NCBI GenBank assembly: GCA_964609425.1
Contig: CAZSSV010000001.1
Location: forward strand, 905 to 38,642
Source: an uncultured Isosphaeraceae bacterium
GTDB lineage: Bacteria; Planctomycetota; Phycisphaerae; Phycisphaerales; SM1A02
Direction: 5' to 3'
DNA: 37,738 bases
Below the pieces are notes generated by a model that saw only the letters and a list, made by a program, of their open reading frames with translations, did no database searches and was not told where the DNA came from. How positions within the stretch are numbered: the stretch's first letter is position 1; the number at the start of each line of letters is the position of its first letter. Shown piece by piece: positions 16,907 through 25,074 of this stretch. Both the position numbers and the translations under genes were made by a program.

Positions 16907-19251
16907 GATGCCAGCACACACGTCGATCGCATCACCTCGGTGTCTCCTCGGTGATGGCGATGATCTTCCTGGCGCTGGTCGCGTCGCTGACCGCGGTCAT
17001 GGCCATCGTGTCCGAGGGAAACGTCCGCAGCGCCGATTCGGCCATCAGAGTGTCGAGAAGTCTGAGCGCCGCTGAGAGTGGTCTCAAGGCGGCGATGTGG
17101 CGCCTGCGGCGAGAGTCGGGACGGTTTGTCGTTGAGGCGGGCGATCTGGATGGCGGTTTCGGTGATCGATTGTGGCGTGGCACCTGGGTGGGGGCCGACG
17201 GCGTCGTGACGGTTGCCGACCCGGACGGATACACGGTGCCTGCGCCGAGCGGTGTGGGCTTGATGCATGCGGTGTATGACGCCCATCTGAACCACGATCA
17301 GCACGCAGATGTGCTGGTCGACGGCGTGGTCGTTGAGGCGGCGATCGACCCGGTCGGTGGAGTAGTCACCTCACAGGGAATTCCGCTGGACGGGACCGTA
17401 GGCGGAGCGTGGTTCCAACTCAAGTACGAGATGCTTGCGGGCGGCAGCGGTGTCCGCGTCACCAGCAGAGGCATTGATCAGGACGTGCAGCGGCTCGTCC
17501 AGATGGACTTCCTTCTCGAGAAGAAGATTGAGTATGCGCTGCTTGGGCAGAGCCGCATCATGGTGGGCAAGAACGTTCTCGTGGACGGCCCGATCGGGGC
17601 CTTGTACGGCACCGTCTCCGGGGAACTCGACCCCGACAACGGCGATCCCCTCGTCCTTCGCAGTGACTTCTACGATCTGGATTCCGTGACGCTCGATCCG
17701 CTTCTGGACACGCTACACGGCCTGGTCGCTACGGATGATGCGGACGGAGACGGTCGGCTGCGACCGGACCATCCTCAGGAGGGGGCGTCGCTGGCGGCCT
17801 ACCCCACGCTTCAGGACCATGACGAGGATCAGTACATCGACGACTTTGACCTTTTCCTGGGAGTTTTCGACGCAGACACGGACGACATGGTGGTGTTCGA
17901 TCCGGCGCTTGCGCAAGCGGCCGGGTGGGGCGTGATGGCGGACGAATTCGACGGCGACGACGATCTGGCCACCTTGCTGGACACGGCAGCATCGGACCGA
18001 AACGCAGATGGGCAGATCGATGCCTTGGACACGGCGATGGGTTGGAACGATGGAATCCTCGACGTTCGAGATCGGTACGCAAAGGTGCGCGGGCACCTCA
18101 ACTTCGCCACGGACGCGGCGTCGTGGGAGAGTGCCCGCAGCGCATCCTGGCAGTCCCGAGCAGAAGCGGTTGTGCGGCCGAGTCAGGCCAAGCCGCCGGC
18201 CACGTTTTCGGTCGGGGCGCCCTGGCTGCTCGGCCTGACCAGTGACATGTTCCTCAACTCGACCACCTGGTACGAGACACAGGCCAATGCCGGCAGCTCG
18301 TTTGCGTCGCAAGTCGCGGCCAATGGTGGCTGGTCCGGTGAGACGACACCGCCCGAATCAGTGCCCTGGGGCTCCGACGGGGCCTACGACCTCTTTGACC
18401 GGCCGGTGTACCGCAACATGATCTTCGGTGACATGAAGATTCCAATGGGCACCAACGCCCTGTTCGTTGATTGCTGGTTCGTGGGGGTGGCCTGGATCGA
18501 GACGACCGAGGACTGCACCGACGTCAACTGGAACTACGCCGGAAGCCGCGAGATGCAGGACGGCGCGCCTGCACTGCGCTTTCCAGATCTGACGGCAACG
18601 TCCGGAGGTACGGAGTACACCGACACAAGCGTGGCTTCGAACAACCTTCGGTTCGACGGGTGCACCTTTCTCGGAACGCTCGGCGGCGACCGGCCGCTCG
18701 AATTCACGCATTGGCGTAACAAGGTTCAGCTGACGGGGGCGACGAGGTTCTTCGTCGATCCAGATGACCCCGATCTCCTGGCCGAACCGGATGCGCCAGC
18801 CCTGCAAACCTTGCTCCTGGCCATGCCGGAGCCGACGCTCGAGCAACTCGCCCGCACGAGCATGTTGTTGCCGGGATGGTCGGTGGATGTCGGCAACTTT
18901 GACAGCGATACCAGTACGAGCGTCAAGCTCAATGGGACGATCGTGACGGGGCTCATCGACATTCGAGGTGCTGCTGAGATTCATGGAACACTGATGACGA
19001 CCTTCCGTCCGGAGGAGGGTGTGGGGCCGCTGTTCTACGGCGGGACGCCGGATGCCTTCAATACGACGCTCGGGTACTTCGGCTCAGAGGATGGTGATCA
19101 GGAAGGCGTGGACGTTGACGACCCCGGCTTCGGCGGGTTCGGGAGCATCACGCTCAGGTATGACCCGGAGGCGAAGCTTCCTGACGGCATTCCGTGGCCA
19201 CTGCTTGCGACGCCGGAGGCGCCGACGTGGTACGAGGGGGGCGAGTGGTGA
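16903..19251 (+). CDS. Large GspK/PilX-like pseudopilin-associated protein (782 aa) with Asp-rich Ca-binding-like loops
   Basis: The N-terminus HHLGVSSVMAMIFLALVASLTAVMAIV resembles the non-cleaved GspK/PilX_N hydrophobic helix and has no Glu5. DDADGDGRLRPD and DRNADGQIDALD loops are present. Start chosen at ATG 16903, overlapping the upstream stop (ATGA); the track start at 16888 is also possible. Confidence 0.7.
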   Translation: MRCQHTRRSHHLGVSSVMAMIFLALVASLTAVMAIVSEGNVRSADSAIRVSRSLSAAESGLKAAMWRLRRESGRFVVEAGDLDGGFGDRLWRGTWVGADGVVTVADPDGYTVPAPSGVGLMHAVYDAHLNHDQHADVLVDGVVVEAAIDPVGGVVTSQGIPLDGTVGGAWFQLKYEMLAGGSGVRVTSRGIDQDVQRLVQMDFLLEKKIEYALLGQSRIMVGKNVLVDGPIGALYGTVSGELDPDNGDPLVLRSDFYDLDSVTLDPLLDTLHGLVATDDADGDGRLRPDHPQEGASLAAYPTLQDHDEDQYIDDFDLFLGVFDADTDDMVVFDPALAQAAGWGVMADEFDGDDDLATLLDTAASDRNADGQIDALDTAMGWNDGILDVRDRYAKVRGHLNFATDAASWESARSASWQSRAEAVVRPSQAKPPATFSVGAPWLLGLTSDMFLNSTTWYETQANAGSSFASQVAANGGWSGETTPPESVPWGSDGAYDLFDRPVYRNMIFGDMKIPMGTNALFVDCWFVGVAWIETTEDCTDVNWNYAGSREMQDGAPALRFPDLTATSGGTEYTDTSVASNNLRFDGCTFLGTLGGDRPLEFTHWRNKVQLTGATRFFVDPDDPDLLAEPDAPALQTLLLAMPEPTLEQLARTSMLLPGWSVDVGNFDSDTSTSVKLNGTIVTGLIDIRGAAEIHGTLMTTFRPEEGVGPLFYGGTPDAFNTTLGYFGSEDGDQEGVDVDDPGFGGFGSITLRYDPEAKLPDGIPWPLLATPEAPTWYEGGEW

Positions 19252-19808
19252 AGCGCCGCCGAGGTTTCTCGCTGGTCGAGGTACTGATCGCGCTTGCGAT
19301 CACTGTGGTGCTGATGATCGCCACCATGCTTGCGCTGCGGGCAAGTTTCGAGTCCTATCGCCGCTCAGCTGCGCGCGTCTCGTCCAATGTGTCCGGCCGA
19401 CTGGTGGTTGAGCGGGTGCAGATGATGATCCGTGGGGGGATCGACTTCGGCCCGGTTCCGGCGTCGCCCACTGAGAGCGTGGTGGAGTCGAACGAGTTGA
19501 GCATCCAATCGGCCGACGGAACCTGGACGACACTCCGCTGGGACGAGCCGACCGAGACGCTGCGCTGGGAGCAGGGATCGGACAGTTGGCCCCTGATCGA
19601 AGGGGCGAGCCAACTGGTCGGCGGTGGTGGAGACCCAGTCTCGCCGTTCAGGATGCAGTTTCGAGACGGACGCTGGCTGACCCATGCCACCATCGATCTG
19701 GTCATCGATGGTCAGGGCGTGAGCACCACAGAGCTGGACCTCGTGGAGCTGCCCGAGATGCGGTTTGTGGGCTCCGCGATGCCTCGCCGCGTCGCGTGGG
19801 GTGAGTGA
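19245..19808 (+). CDS. Prepilin-type N-terminal cleavage/methylation domain pseudopilin (approx 187 aa)
   Basis: V(V)KRRRG|FSLVEVLIALAITVVLMIATML. GTG starts at 19245 or 19248 overlap the upstream TGA (19249-19251). The part of the track ORF upstream of this overlaps the previous gene. Confidence 0.78.
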   Translation: MVKRRRGFSLVEVLIALAITVVLMIATMLALRASFESYRRSAARVSSNVSGRLVVERVQMMIRGGIDFGPVPASPTESVVESNELSIQSADGTWTTLRWDEPTETLRWEQGSDSWPLIEGASQLVGGGGDPVSPFRMQFRDGRWLTHATIDLVIDGQGVSTTELDLVELPEMRFVGSAMPRRVAWGE

Positions 19809-19856
19809 CGGCTGAGCCGGGGCTGGGGGGGTACCACCCGCTATCCTCCGCGGTCC

Positions 19857-20231
19857 ATGTACGCGATCCGGACTGAACGGACATTCTCCGCCGCGCACGC
19901 CCTCACCATCGGTGGTGTGCCCGAGACGCTCCATGGACACGATTGGCGCGTTCGCGTCACGCTTCGCGGGCCAAACCTGGACGCTGACGGCCTGCTGTGT
20001 GACTTTCACGCCCTGGAGAAACTGCTCGAGCAGGTGGTGTCGCCGTTTCATCATTCAACGCTCAATGAGGTGCCACCTTTCGATCTGGAGAACCCGAGCG
20101 CCGAAGCTGTTGCGATCTTCGTCGCCAGGTCGCTGGTTCCGGATCTGCCGTCGAACATCGTGTCGATCGAAGTGTCGGTGACCGAGGCTCCTGGGTGCGA
20201 GGCGTCCTTCGCCATGGAGATGGAGTCGTGA
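19857..20231 (+). CDS. 6-pyruvoyl-tetrahydropterin synthase / QueD family protein (Cys-less, PTPS-III-like)
   Basis: 124 aa. TFSAAHAL...ETLHGHDWRVRV...DFHALE...HHSTLNE matches the PTPS/QueD T-fold pattern. The CxxxHGH cysteine is absent (PETLHGH). Confidence 0.85.
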   Translation: MYAIRTERTFSAAHALTIGGVPETLHGHDWRVRVTLRGPNLDADGLLCDFHALEKLLEQVVSPFHHSTLNEVPPFDLENPSAEAVAIFVARSLVPDLPSNIVSIEVSVTEAPGCEASFAMEMES

Positions 20232-21589
20232 GTGACGCCCCGCTGATGCTTGGCGTGTCGGGAGCCCGTGGGATTGTTGGTGAAACGATGACGGACCAGG
20301 TTGTGCGCCGCTTTGCCGCATGCTGGGGTTCCAGTCTCGCCCGCCACGTGGAGACGCCGCGTGTGTGTCTGGGACGTGACAGTCGCCCATCTGGGGGCGG
20401 CTTTGCCAGGGCGGCTGCCGCAGGCCTGTCCGGGGCGGGGTGCGACGTCATCGACCTCGGCGTCGTGGCGACACCCACCGTCGGCGTCATGATCGGCGCC
20501 TCGAAGTCTGCGGGGGGGGTGGTTCTGACCGCTTCGCACAACCCGTCGCAATGGAACGGTCTCAAGCTGCTGGACGCCTTCGGGACCGCGCCGTCCGCCG
20601 AATGTGCCGGCGACATCATCGAAGTGTTCAAGAGCGACGCAGCGGTCGAGACGGCTCCGAGGGCGGGAACCGTATCTGAAGAGGTACGGGCAACCGATAC
20701 GCATGTTGCCAAGGTGCTTGGCGGCATTGACCCGATGCCCATTCGCGACCGGGGCTTTCGGGTGGTGCTTGACTCGGTGAATGGCGCGGGCGCACGCGGA
20801 GGTGCTGCCCTGCTCGGCCATCTCGGCTGCTCCATCACGCATCTCGGGAGCGAGCCTGATGGCGAATTCTGGCATGTGCCGGAGCCCATTGAAGAGAATC
20901 TTTCCGGGCTTGCCGGCGAAGTGCTGCGACAGGGAGCCGACGTCGGTTTCGCCCAAGATCCGGATGCGGACAGACTGGCCATCGTCGATGAGACCGGTCG
21001 GTATGTCGGTGAGGAGTACACGCTTGTACTGGCCGCATGGCGGGTCTTGATGGACAACCCTGGTGCCGTGGTTGTGGCCAACCTCTCGACGAGTCGGATG
21101 ATCGATGACGTCGCCGCGAGATTCGGCGGAACCGTGCGGCGCAGCGCCGTCGGCGAAGCCAATGTGGCCGCAGCGATGCGGGCGTGCGGCTCGCCCATCG
21201 GAGGCGAGGGCAATGGTGGCGTGATTCTCCCGAGCATCACATACGTTCGGGACAGCCTGTCAGGCATGGCGCTGGTGCTGGATCTCATGCGCCGTGAGGG
21301 CAAAGCGCTCTCGACGCTGATCGCTCAGATTCCGCGGTACGTCATCGTCAAGGAGAAGTATCCGCTGCGGGCGCGGTCGGATTTGGCACCGGCTCTGGCG
21401 CGGGTCGCCGGTGGTTTCCCTGACGCGAAGATCGACGACTGTGACGGTGTGCGGCTGGACCTGCCGGAAGGCTGGGCGCACATTCGGCCGAGCAATACCG
21501 AGCCGATCGCGCGGATCATCGTCGAGGCGTCGGATGCGGAGACGGCAGCCAGCCTGATCGAGCGGGTCCGGGCAGTGGCGGGGCTCTGA
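20228..21589 (+). CDS. alpha-D-phosphohexomutase (phosphoglucosamine mutase / phosphomannomutase family)
   Basis: Active-site loop TASHNPSQWNGLKLL, metal loop FAQDPDADRL, sugar loop GGEGNGG, phosphate loop RPSNTEP. A GTG start at 20228 overlaps the upstream TGA; ATG 20246 (MLGVSGARG) is an alternative. Confidence 0.88.
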   Translation: MSDAPLMLGVSGARGIVGETMTDQVVRRFAACWGSSLARHVETPRVCLGRDSRPSGGGFARAAAAGLSGAGCDVIDLGVVATPTVGVMIGASKSAGGVVLTASHNPSQWNGLKLLDAFGTAPSAECAGDIIEVFKSDAAVETAPRAGTVSEEVRATDTHVAKVLGGIDPMPIRDRGFRVVLDSVNGAGARGGAALLGHLGCSITHLGSEPDGEFWHVPEPIEENLSGLAGEVLRQGADVGFAQDPDADRLAIVDETGRYVGEEYTLVLAAWRVLMDNPGAVVVANLSTSRMIDDVAARFGGTVRRSAVGEANVAAAMRACGSPIGGEGNGGVILPSITYVRDSLSGMALVLDLMRREGKALSTLIAQIPRYVIVKEKYPLRARSDLAPALARVAGGFPDAKIDDCDGVRLDLPEGWAHIRPSNTEPIARIIVEASDAETAASLIERVRAVAGL

Positions 21590-21604
21590 CACGGTGGGTT
21601 GGTG

Positions 21605-22129
21605 TCAGGCTTTCCACGACTCCTGCACGGTGACGGTGAAGGGCTCGGTTCGGCAATCGATATGGCACGCGAAGTATCCGCCGGCGTGGTCCGCGACGAG
21701 CGGCCAGATGAACTCGCGGTCCGTCTTGGGCTGAGGAAGGCGATCGATCGCAGCTTGGTCGAGCCACTCCAGCATGCCCTCGTCCATTTCGTATGCGGCA
21801 ATCTCATCGTGACCGATCGCTCGTGTCACCTCGAAGAGAAAGAGCAGCCAGTGGCACTCGCCCTCATAGGCCGTCTCCGAGACCATTCCCATGAGTCGGA
21901 TTTCGTCGTACCCCAGTACGACGCCTGTCTCTTCCTCGGTCTCCCGAACCGCGCAGCAGTGTGGGCTTTCACCCGTGGTGGGCTCCAGTTTGCCGCCGGG
22001 CGGGGAATACATGCCCGCATTGGGTGGCTTGCAGCGATGCAGCATGAGCAGTCGCCCATCGGCGTCTCGGAGATAACACAGCACCGCAATGCGGTAAGGC
22101 AGAGAGAGGTCAGTGAGGTTGGTGCTCAT
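21605..22129 (-). CDS. Nudix hydrolase (174 aa)
   Basis: Nudix box GGKLEPTTGESPHCCAVRETEEETGV. Start ATG 22129 overlaps the pdxJ stop (ATGA). The longer track ORF extends into pdxJ. Confidence 0.85.
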   Translation of the reverse strand: MSTNLTDLSLPYRIAVLCYLRDADGRLLMLHRCKPPNAGMYSPPGGKLEPTTGESPHCCAVRETEEETGVVLGYDEIRLMGMVSETAYEGECHWLLFLFEVTRAIGHDEIAAYEMDEGMLEWLDQAAIDRLPQPKTDREFIWPLVADHAGGYFACHIDCRTEPFTVTVQESWKA

Positions 22130-22866
22130 GCGTGGGCGCCTTCGATCAGATCGACCATGTCTCTGACGGCGACCTGCATGCCTGAGATGATCGATCGGGC
22201 CACAATGGCGTGGCCGATGTGGAGTTCGCACAATTCGCCCAGCGCCGCGATGGGCCTGACGTTCGGGTAGTCCAACGCATGCCCGGCGTTGAACCGCATG
22301 CCGGCTGCGACGATCAAGGTGCCTGCCGTGCCGATTCGCCTCAACTCCGCCTCTGCGGCCGGGCACCCTACGCCGCCGCGCTCGACGGCATGGGCCCAAG
22401 GGCCGGTGTGCACCTCGCAGACCTCGAATCCGCAGTCCGCGGCCGCCTGAATCTGCTCGGGTTCGGCGTCGATGAACGCGCTGGCCGGAATGCCATCGGC
22501 CCGCAGCCGGGCGACCACGCCTCGGAGCCGCTTTCGGTCACCGGATACGTCCAGTCCGCCTTCGGTTGTGATCTCAGCCCGGCCCTCGGGGACGAGCATG
22601 GCTGACTGGGGTCCGATTCGGAGGGCGATGTCAATCATCGCGTCGGTGGCGGCCATCTCGAAGTTGAGCGGCACGGTGAGGGCGGAAGCGAGTCGCTCGA
22701 CGTCGCTGTCCTGGATGTGCCTGCGGTCCTCTCGCAGGTGGACGGTGATGCCTTTCGCGCCGCCGAGGCATGCGGCGGCCGCCGCCTCGACGGGGTCCGG
22801 CTTGATCGTCCGCCTCGCCTGCCGAACGGTCGCGACGTGGTCGATGTTGACACTGAGGATCGGCAT
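22126..22866 (-). CDS. pdxJ: Pyridoxine 5'-phosphate synthase
   Basis: MPILSVNIDHVATVRQARRTIKPDPV...GITVHLREDRRHI...EVCEVHTG...FNAGHAL...ELHIGHAIVA are diagnostic PdxJ blocks. 246 aa. Confidence 0.93.
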   Translation of the reverse strand: MPILSVNIDHVATVRQARRTIKPDPVEAAAAACLGGAKGITVHLREDRRHIQDSDVERLASALTVPLNFEMAATDAMIDIALRIGPQSAMLVPEGRAEITTEGGLDVSGDRKRLRGVVARLRADGIPASAFIDAEPEQIQAAADCGFEVCEVHTGPWAHAVERGGVGCPAAEAELRRIGTAGTLIVAAGMRFNAGHALDYPNVRPIAALGELCELHIGHAIVARSIISGMQVAVRDMVDLIEGAHA

Positions 22867-22944
22867 TGGGGCCAGATGGTACCGCTCGGGATCGAACGCG
22901 GCCCGCGCGGCCAATCTATACTCCGTCACGCATACGAACGCGGC

Positions 22945-23622
22945 ATGGACGACTTTCACAAGAGCCTCGATTCCGTTCTCGGCGACCTGCTGGCGCAGGG
23001 CCGTCGCGTGACCGATCTCACGCTGACGGCTGTGGAGTCGTACTTTGAGAACGACGCAGAGGCCGCAGCGGGTGTGATCAGAGCCGACGCCACCATCGAC
23101 CATGTCGATGTCCAGATCGAGCGTGGGTGCATCGCGTTGATGGGACATCGGCCGAGTGGTGAGTTCGATCAACGGTCGATCCTGACCATCGTGAAGATCA
23201 ATAACGAGCTTGAGCGGATTGCCGACTGCGCAGTCAACATCGCTGAGGCGAACGAGCAGCGGAAGGACACCGAGGTGGCGGACACGCTGCAGGTGATGGC
23301 CAATAGTGTTGTCGGCATGGTCAGGGACTCGGTCCGGGCGCTGGACGCACGAGACACGGACCTCGCTCAACGCGTACTGGCCTTCGACGACACGGTTGAT
23401 GCCTTCAAGGATGAGTTGGTCGAACGTGCCCAGACCGCGTTGGCACAAGGCGTTGTGTCGGTTGGCGCTGCGATGCAGTTGCTTGCGGTCGTCCGCGCGG
23501 TCGAGCGGATGGCGGACCACTGCACAAACATCTGTGAGCAGGTCATCTATCTGGAAACAGGCAAGATCGTTCGGCACCTTCCCTCGGGGTGGACCAAGCC
23601 GGCGCTCCCAGAGGACGCCTGA
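22945..23622 (+). CDS. phoU: PhoU-family phosphate-signalling regulator
   Basis: Two PhoU repeats with ELERIADCAVNIAE and AVERMADHCTNICEQVIY. 225 aa. No pst genes in the window. Confidence 0.88.
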   Translation: MDDFHKSLDSVLGDLLAQGRRVTDLTLTAVESYFENDAEAAAGVIRADATIDHVDVQIERGCIALMGHRPSGEFDQRSILTIVKINNELERIADCAVNIAEANEQRKDTEVADTLQVMANSVVGMVRDSVRALDARDTDLAQRVLAFDDTVDAFKDELVERAQTALAQGVVSVGAAMQLLAVVRAVERMADHCTNICEQVIYLETGKIVRHLPSGWTKPALPEDA

Positions 23623-23627
23623 TCGGC

Positions 23628-25049
23628 ATGAGCGAAATTGAGTCGATGTGCGGACGTCTGGAGGCCTGTGGCCAACCGGGGCTCGCCAAGGCCCTCGCAA
23701 CGGAGCCGGGTTTGCTCAAAGATGCGCGCCGAGTGGACTGGGAGGCCGTCCCCTCGCTTGTAGAACGATGTGTTCGATCGCGGCCAATCGCTTTCGAGGG
23801 TGAGCCAACTCCGGCACCGTGCGTGACGACCAATGCATCACTGGTGACGGACTCGATCGCGCTGGTGGACGAATCGGCGCTCCGGACTGCGGGCGAAGCG
23901 ATGCTGGCCGATGGAAGGGTCGCAGTTTTCACAGTCGCGGGCGGTCAGGGCACCCGGCTCGGATGGAAGGGTCCGAAGGGCACATTCCCCGCCAGTCCCG
24001 TGTCGGGCAAGCCGCTCTTCAGGCTGTTTGCCGAGCAAATTCTTGCAGCGGAACGTCGGTGGGGATGCTCCATTCGGTGGTACATCATGACCAGTGAGGC
24101 CAATGATGCCGAGACGCGTGGCTTCTTCCTGGACAACCGGTGCTTTGGCCTGGATCGCCGGAAGATCATGATGTTTCCGCAGGGCATGATGCCGGTCTTT
24201 GACGCGTCCAGCGGTCATGTGCTCCTGAGCGACGCAGGTTCGATGGCCATGAGTCCGGACGGGCACGGCGGCTCATATGCCGCGCTGCTTCAGAGCGGCG
24301 CGCTCGATCAGATGGAAGGCCGAGGCATTGAGGCCATCAGTTACCACCAGGTGGACAATCCGTTGGCGCCGGTGCTTGACCCGGTCTTTCTCGGATTGCA
24401 TTGCCATGAAGCCTTCTCTTCAGGTGAGTACACGAGCAAGATGGTGCCCAAGGCCGGCCCGGACGAACGGGTCGGGGTGTTTGCACTTCGAGGCGGCGTA
24501 CCCGGGGTGGTCGAGTATTCGGACATGACCGAGTCGCAGACGACCGCCGTGGATTCGCAAGGCCATCTTCGCCTCTCCGCCGGCAATGTGGCCATGCACA
24601 TCATCAGTAGGGACTTTGCGCGGCGTGTGGCGGACGCCGGGGAGGCGTCGCTGCCGTGGCACCGCGCCGAGAAGAAGGTGGCGTACTTCAATCCTGAGAC
24701 GTCCACGACCATCACACCGGGCTCGGCCAATGCGGTCAAGCTTGAGCGGTTTGTGTTTGACGCCATGTCGATGGCGAGGCAGCCGGCGATTCTGCAAGTC
24801 GACCGGGCATCCCAGTTCGCGCCCATCAAGAACGCCACGGGGGTCGATTCAGCAGAGAGCAGCCGGCGGATTCAGTCGGATGTGTACGGCTGCTGGTTGG
24901 AGTCGGCCGGTGTGGCCGTGCCGAGACGGCCGGATGGTCACGTTGACGCCGACATTGAGATTTCACCCCTGACGGCGATGTCGCAGGCGGATCTCCAGGG
25001 AATGTCGCTTCCATCGGCGGTGGAAGCCGGCGCGTCACTGAGCCTGTGA
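23628..25049 (+). CDS. UDP-sugar pyrophosphorylase of the eukaryote-type UDPGP family (UAP1-like UDP-N-acetylhexosamine pyrophosphorylase)
   Basis: VAGGQGTRLGWKGPKGTFP, WYIMTSEANDAETRGFF, FPQGMMP and SPDGHGGSYAAL are collinear with human UAP1 motifs (LAGGQGTRLG, WYIMTS, FQQGMLP, APDGNGG). Confidence 0.85.
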   Translation: MSEIESMCGRLEACGQPGLAKALATEPGLLKDARRVDWEAVPSLVERCVRSRPIAFEGEPTPAPCVTTNASLVTDSIALVDESALRTAGEAMLADGRVAVFTVAGGQGTRLGWKGPKGTFPASPVSGKPLFRLFAEQILAAERRWGCSIRWYIMTSEANDAETRGFFLDNRCFGLDRRKIMMFPQGMMPVFDASSGHVLLSDAGSMAMSPDGHGGSYAALLQSGALDQMEGRGIEAISYHQVDNPLAPVLDPVFLGLHCHEAFSSGEYTSKMVPKAGPDERVGVFALRGGVPGVVEYSDMTESQTTAVDSQGHLRLSAGNVAMHIISRDFARRVADAGEASLPWHRAEKKVAYFNPETSTTITPGSANAVKLERFVFDAMSMARQPAILQVDRASQFAPIKNATGVDSAESSRRIQSDVYGCWLESAGVAVPRRPDGHVDADIEISPLTAMSQADLQGMSLPSAVEAGASLSL

Positions 25050-25074
25050 GGCGGGCAAGGGCGAGGGTGATGTC

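Noticed and set aside
20051-21303. Two long minus-strand ORFs (301 and 413 aa) antisense to the phosphohexomutase gene
   Set aside because: Both have Arg/Pro/Ser/Ala-rich junk composition. The plus-strand frame carries all four phosphohexomutase signature loops.
22917-22922. TATACT -10-like hexamer 22 nt upstream of phoU in the pdxJ/phoU divergent spacer
   Set aside because: There is no convincing -35 (best is TCGAAC at 19-nt spacing), and promoter consensus for this lineage is unknown. It is too weak to report as a feature.
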